NCBI GenBank assembly: GCA_950097015.1 | Contig: CATNEN010000007.1 | Coordinates: forward strand, 7,502,001 to 7,566,000 | Direction: 5' to 3' | Length of the DNA stretch: 64,000 nucleotides | Source of the DNA: Macrostomum hystrix | Taxonomy: Eukaryota; Animalia; Platyhelminthes | Shown here: positions 26,198 through 64,000 of the stretch, piece after piece | Layout of the letters: each line of letters starts with the position of its first letter | Position numbering within the stretch: position 1 is the stretch's first letter | Notes under the pieces: model-generated | The model's input: only the letters and a program-made list of their open reading frames with translations | Databases searched by the model: none | Told to the model about the DNA's origin: nothing | Translations under genes and position numbers: made by a program

Positions 26198-26644
26198 ATC
26201 CTTACTAAATTGCGCGTTAGAGTTTTCTTACCCCGCTGGCGCGTTGTGATTGATTGGGTGGGTGACTGCTCTCTTGTTGACTCCGCCCCTTCCCCCACCT
26301 TTTTTGTATTTATTTACTTCCTTTTTTCGCAAAACATGAAAGTAAATTATCCCTTTCCCTTTATTGCTAAAATATATTTCTGTACTCACTTTCAGAATTA
26401 AAAAGAGCTTGGTTAGTACACTTAAACAAATAAAACTATGGGCTTTATACATTCTTTTCGAAATGCAAAGAAGAACTTTAACTATGGGATCTAAAATCTA
26501 AAATAAAAATTTTTTTAGGATTGTGAAAACAAAAAACATTGTACGTTATTTACTTTAAGGATTTAAATTCCACGATAGACGATGAACAATCGAAGCTATT
26601 GAGTCGACGCACATAGTTTTATTCTTAAGTATGCTCAAGAGAGA

Positions 26645-59510
<32,866 letters not shown>

Positions 59511-60714
59511 AATTTTCGCAGCTTCAAATCAGCAGCAGGGGACCCTCCCCGCATTGCTGGTAAAGGCCGATGTCGAACCCTCGGCCGCTTCTGTTGCATG
59601 TGATACAGACATCAATGCCTGTATATACATATGAGACAGGTTTTTGTTTAATTGTCCTGTTTAATCACCGGGCGGGGTGTCCGTTTGTTTGAAAGGATTT
59701 TGTGAAATCTGCTGTCATTTTTCTACTCACAGTTGGCGACATTTTCCTTTTAACTCGTTGTGTGTTTTCTAAGAATTTCTCTTTCCTCTATTTTTCTCTC
59801 TCGAAGCCAGAAATATTTATTGGTCAGCAATCGGTTTTTAGTCCGCTCTGCGATATAAATGGCCCTGGCTTGTTAATGTGACTTGTGAACAGATGTGAAC
59901 AGATTCGACTGTTGATTATTTATAAATAGATGATATCAGCTCGCTTTACTACTTACCAATACTCTTAGTAGTATAAAAATACTCGCGTGCTTCACAACAC
60001 GCATATTTGATTAGAAACTTTTATTATTGTTTCAGTGTGTTTTAATATCCGTAGCCGCTTCATCTAAATAGACTAGGAAAAATCTAGTTGCCATTTTGTT
60101 CGTCATGTCGGCTCTCTGGTCCTAAACTATTTTCAGCGGATTAGCTTTTTTGCCGCTGTTTACCTGAAATCTAATTAGCTTGATTGTTAGTGCTTGGCTG
60201 CAAATCCTTGTTATGAATTCTATAACTTCATTGGCGATATTTTCCTTACAACTGTTTCTATCCAACTTGCACTGGACTAAATGCACAAATATATTTTGTC
60301 AGTAACTTTTAACGCTTTAATATTACTATTCCAACCAATATGCTTTAGTCCTCATTAAGTCGCGATAGTACAGTATTGCCTCATTGTGTTATTATCGCCA
60401 TAGTCTGCGTGTTCGCGTGTGTGCGCCTGCAGCCATTGTTAAAATTTTGCTTTCGCTTGTGTTTCAGTCTGCTGCTGCAGTATAAGAAGATATTTTATTA
60501 ATGAACTATGATTTCCTAATTATTTATCAGCATACCTGCTGCACTCTATCCCACCAGATAAATATCACTTTAATTGTTTCTTTCTTTGTCTCTGTCTGTT
60601 CCAGGACATTGTTAATTAGCAACAGAAAACCCAATCACGATTCTTTCGGATGTGTTCAAAACTACAACTCGGAATCAAAGCTATTTGCTGTGAATGGGGT
60701 AGAGACACTCAGAA

Positions 60715-61382
60715 GGAACCCCACCCGAATGTACACCCGCTCCCATGGAACCCCACCACCATGTACACCCGCTCCCATGGAACCCCACCACCATGTACAC
60801 CCGCTCCAATGGAACCCCACCCCAATTTACACCCGCTCCAATGGAACCCCACCCCAATTTACACCCGCTCCAATGGAACCCCACCACCATGTACACCCGC
60901 TCCAATGGAACCCCACCCCAATGTACACCCGCTCCCAGGGAACCCCACTACAATGTACACCCGCTCCCATGGAACCCCACCACAATGTACACCTGCTCCC
61001 ATGGAACCCCACCACCATGTACACCCGCTCCCATGGAACCCCACCACCATGTACACCCGCTCCAATGGAACCCCACCCCAATTTACACCCGCTCCAATGG
61101 AACCCCACCACCATGTACACCCGCTCCAATGGAACCCCACCCCAATGTACACCCGCTCCCAGGGAACCCCACCACAATGTACACCCGCTCCCATGGAACC
61201 CCACCACCATGTACACCCGCTCTAAGGGAACCCCACCCCAATGTACACCCGCTCCCAGGGAACCCCACCCCAATTTACACCCGCTCTAAGGGAACCCCAC
61301 CCCAATGTACACCCGCTCCCAGGGAACCCCACCCCAATGTACACCCGCTCCCAGGGAACCCCACCCCAATGTACACCCGCTC
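60715..61382. repeat. 32-bp C-rich minisatellite
   Basis: Unit ggaaccccaccaccatgtacacccgctcc(c/a)at. Confidence 0.93.
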
Positions 61383-62055
61383 CGCTCCCCCAACGTACAA
61401 CTCTCCTAAAAAAGCACTGTACCCATCTATGCGCCTCAGCAGAACAGTTTTTATATGGTTTGAAAGGCTTGCACAGAATTAAAGTCAAGTTTGTTTCAAA
61501 AACGTTTAATTTTTTTCAAACGCGTGCGATATTTATTTAAAGAAATCATTTGTAGCCCTCTTGTCTGTCTTCAGTCCCACAAGCCACGCTTTCGCTATAC
61601 GGTGTTGTAAGTTTATTATGCTTATTAAAACAGTAATATCAGCGAATAATTTATTAAGAAGTGCTGAGCGCGTACGTGCAGTACCCGTGGACGATATTAA
61701 ATAAAATTCTGACAAGTAACGCACTGAATAAATAAATCTATTCAAATGATTTAGCAGCAAAGCTGAACTTTTGACTCTTTTTGTTTTGCTCTGACAAATT
61801 CTGGTGTCATCCGCACCGCCCAAAAGCTTCTGTGTTATCATTGTGTTTCTTTTGGCAGTCTTGTTATTTGCATGCAGCTTGACAGGTGATAGAATCAATG
61901 GGAAGATCCGAGTTCAGTTAGGAGGCTAGTTAAAAATTTAGTAAAAATAAACATAGGGAACATTTTCCAATACAGCCTACTAATAGTAGACGGCACGCGC
62001 TGAAGCGCATAAAATTGGTGTAGGCAGACTGCATGTTCGACTTTGTCTCTTTCAG

Positions 62056-62252
62056 ACCGCCCCAATCAGCAGCAGGGAGGCCAGGGGGACGGCCAACGAG
62101 CCGCCACGTCGATCCAGACAGAATTTTATAGCCTTGCTGCTGCTGCTTCTGCTTGCGGCTTGTGGCTGCATCTGCTGCTATTGGCTGGACCTGCTGGATG
62201 GCGGCGAGGCTGCCTACGGAATTGGTCACAAGCGTCGCTTTGGCACCTCCAG
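62056..62252 (+). CDS. Candidate exon of an unidentified downstream gene with a hydrophobic, signal/TM-like segment
   Basis: GC-rich block between tttgtctctttcag and gtgagc. The frame from 62056 reads TAPISSREARGTANEPPRRSRQNFIALLLLLLAACGCICCYWLDLLDGGEAAYGIGHKRRFGTS. No family recognised. Confidence 0.3.
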
Positions 62253-62322
62253 GTGAGCGGGGCTATGCACGTTGCTAATTACTGGACTTGATGCGTTAAG
62301 GCTTCGTTGAATTATATTAGTG

Positions 62323-63790
62323 ATTAGGAAGTGAGAGGACTGATAAGAGATTAGGAAGTGAGAGGAGTGGTAAGAGATTAGGAAGTGAGAGGGCTGATAA
62401 GAGATTAGGAAGTGAGAGGACTGATAAGAGATTTGGAAGTGAGTGGAGTGATAAGAGATTTGGAAGTGAGAGGACTGATAAGAGATTTGGAAGTGAGAGG
62501 ACTGATAAGAGATTAGGAAGTGAGAGGAGTGATAAGAGATTAGGAAGTGAGAGGACTGATAAGAGATTTGGAAGTGAGAGGACTGATAAGAGATTTGGAA
62601 GTGAGAGGACTGATAAGAGATTTGGAAGTGAGAGGACTGATAAGAGATTTGGAAGTGAGAGGAGTGATAAGAGATTAGGAAGTGAGAGGACTGATAAGAG
62701 ATTTGGAAGTGAGAGGACTGATAAGAGATTTGGAAGTGAGAGGACTGATAAGAGATTTGGAAGTGAGAGGAGTGATAAGAGATTTGGAAGTGAGAGGACT
62801 GATAAGAGATTAGGAAGTGAGAGGACTGATAAGAGATTTGGAAGTGAGTGGAGTGATAAGAGTTTGGAAGTGAGAGGACTGATAAGAGATTTGGAAGTGA
62901 GAGGACTGATAAGAGATTAGGAAGTGAGAGGAGTGATAAGAGATTTGGAAGTGAGTGGAGTGATAAGAGATTAGGAAGTGAGAGGAGTGATAAGAGATTA
63001 GGAAGTGAGAGGACTGATAAGAGATTTGGAAGTGAGTGGAGTGATAAGAGATTTGGAAGTGAGAGGACTGATAAGAGATTTGGAAGTGAGAGGACTGATA
63101 AGAGATTAGGAAGTGAGAGGAGTGATAAGAGATTAGGAAGTGAGAGGACTGATAAGAGATTAGGAAGTGAGAGGAGTGATAAGAGATTTGGAAGTGAGTG
63201 GAGTGATAAGAGATTAGGAAGTGAGAGGAGTGATAAGAGATTAGGAAGTGAGAGGACTGATAAGAGATTTGGAAGTGAGTGGAGTTATAAGAGATTAGGA
63301 AGTGAGAGGAGTGGTAAGAGATTAGGAAGTGAGAGGACTGATAAGAGATTTGGAAGTGAGTGGAGTGATAAGAGATTTGGAAGTGAGTGGAGTGATAAGA
63401 GATTAGGAAGTGAGAGGAGTGATAAGAGATTTGGAAGTGAGAGGACTGATAAGAGATTTGGAAGTGAGTGGAGTGATAAGAGATTAGGAAGTGAGAGGAC
63501 TGATAAGAGATTTGGAAGTGAGTGGACTGATAAGAGATTTGGAAGTGAGAGGAGTGATAAGAGATTTGGAAGTGAGAGGAGTGATAAGAGATTTGGAAGT
63601 GAGTGGAGTGATAAGAGATTTGGAAGTGAGAGGAGTGATAAGAGATTTGGAAGTGAGTGGAGTGATAAGAGATTTGGAAGTGAGTGGAGTGATAAGAGAT
63701 TTGGAAGTGAGTGGAGTGATAAGAGATTTGTAAGTGAGAGGAGTGATAAGAGATTTGGAAGTGAGTGGAGTGGTAAGTGATAAGAGATTT
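62323..63790. repeat. 27-bp purine-rich minisatellite
   Basis: Unit gataagagatt(t/a)ggaagtgag(a/t)gga(c/g)t; about 54 copies. Confidence 0.95.
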
Positions 63791-64000
63791 AGGCGAGATG
63801 TACAGTCAGTGGAATCCTGCCTACCCTGCCTCCCCAGGCTGCCCACCCTGCCCCCACAGTGGCATCTATTGCGTGGCGCATCAAACGGCTGCTGTTCTGC
63901 CAAGCAATGGCGAATTTAATGTCTACTACCAATGGAATTAACGAATGGTATTCCGTTTAGGCTAGGATTCGAATTCTAGACCTTATACGTATATTAAACA

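Overview
Eukaryotic (metazoan) genomic DNA with GC-rich exons and introns full of minisatellites. This style resembles a free-living flatworm such as Macrostomum, which is inference only. I rebuilt five spliced genes by hand from splice sites and reading frames: (1) the 3' part of a KIF26/kinesin-11 gene (+, 567-9176); (2) a myristoylation-type neuronal calcium sensor-like gene with degenerate EF-hands and a probable GC-AG intron (-, 10914-11709); (3) a LEKR1-like coiled-coil gene (-, 13223-15968); (4) a DDX19/DDX25 (Dbp5) DEAD-box helicase (-, 18629-22484); (5) a complete CaMKII gene (+, 26645-59510). The main finding is in CaMKII. The exon encoding PENLLL...DFG plus the activation segment is present twice in tandem (40295-40400 and 42353-42455). 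The two copies cannot be spliced together in frame, and they differ mainly in the activation segment. The variable-linker intron also holds a candidate 6-nt microexon and a frame-preserving 66/75-nt cassette exon. About a quarter of the window is made of roughly 20 different tandem arrays, several with higher-order structure and one seeded on a splice donor. There are also nested inverted-repeat elements, a hAT-like MITE and two tRNA-derived SINE families. The long repetitive ORFs in the ORF track are artefacts of these arrays.
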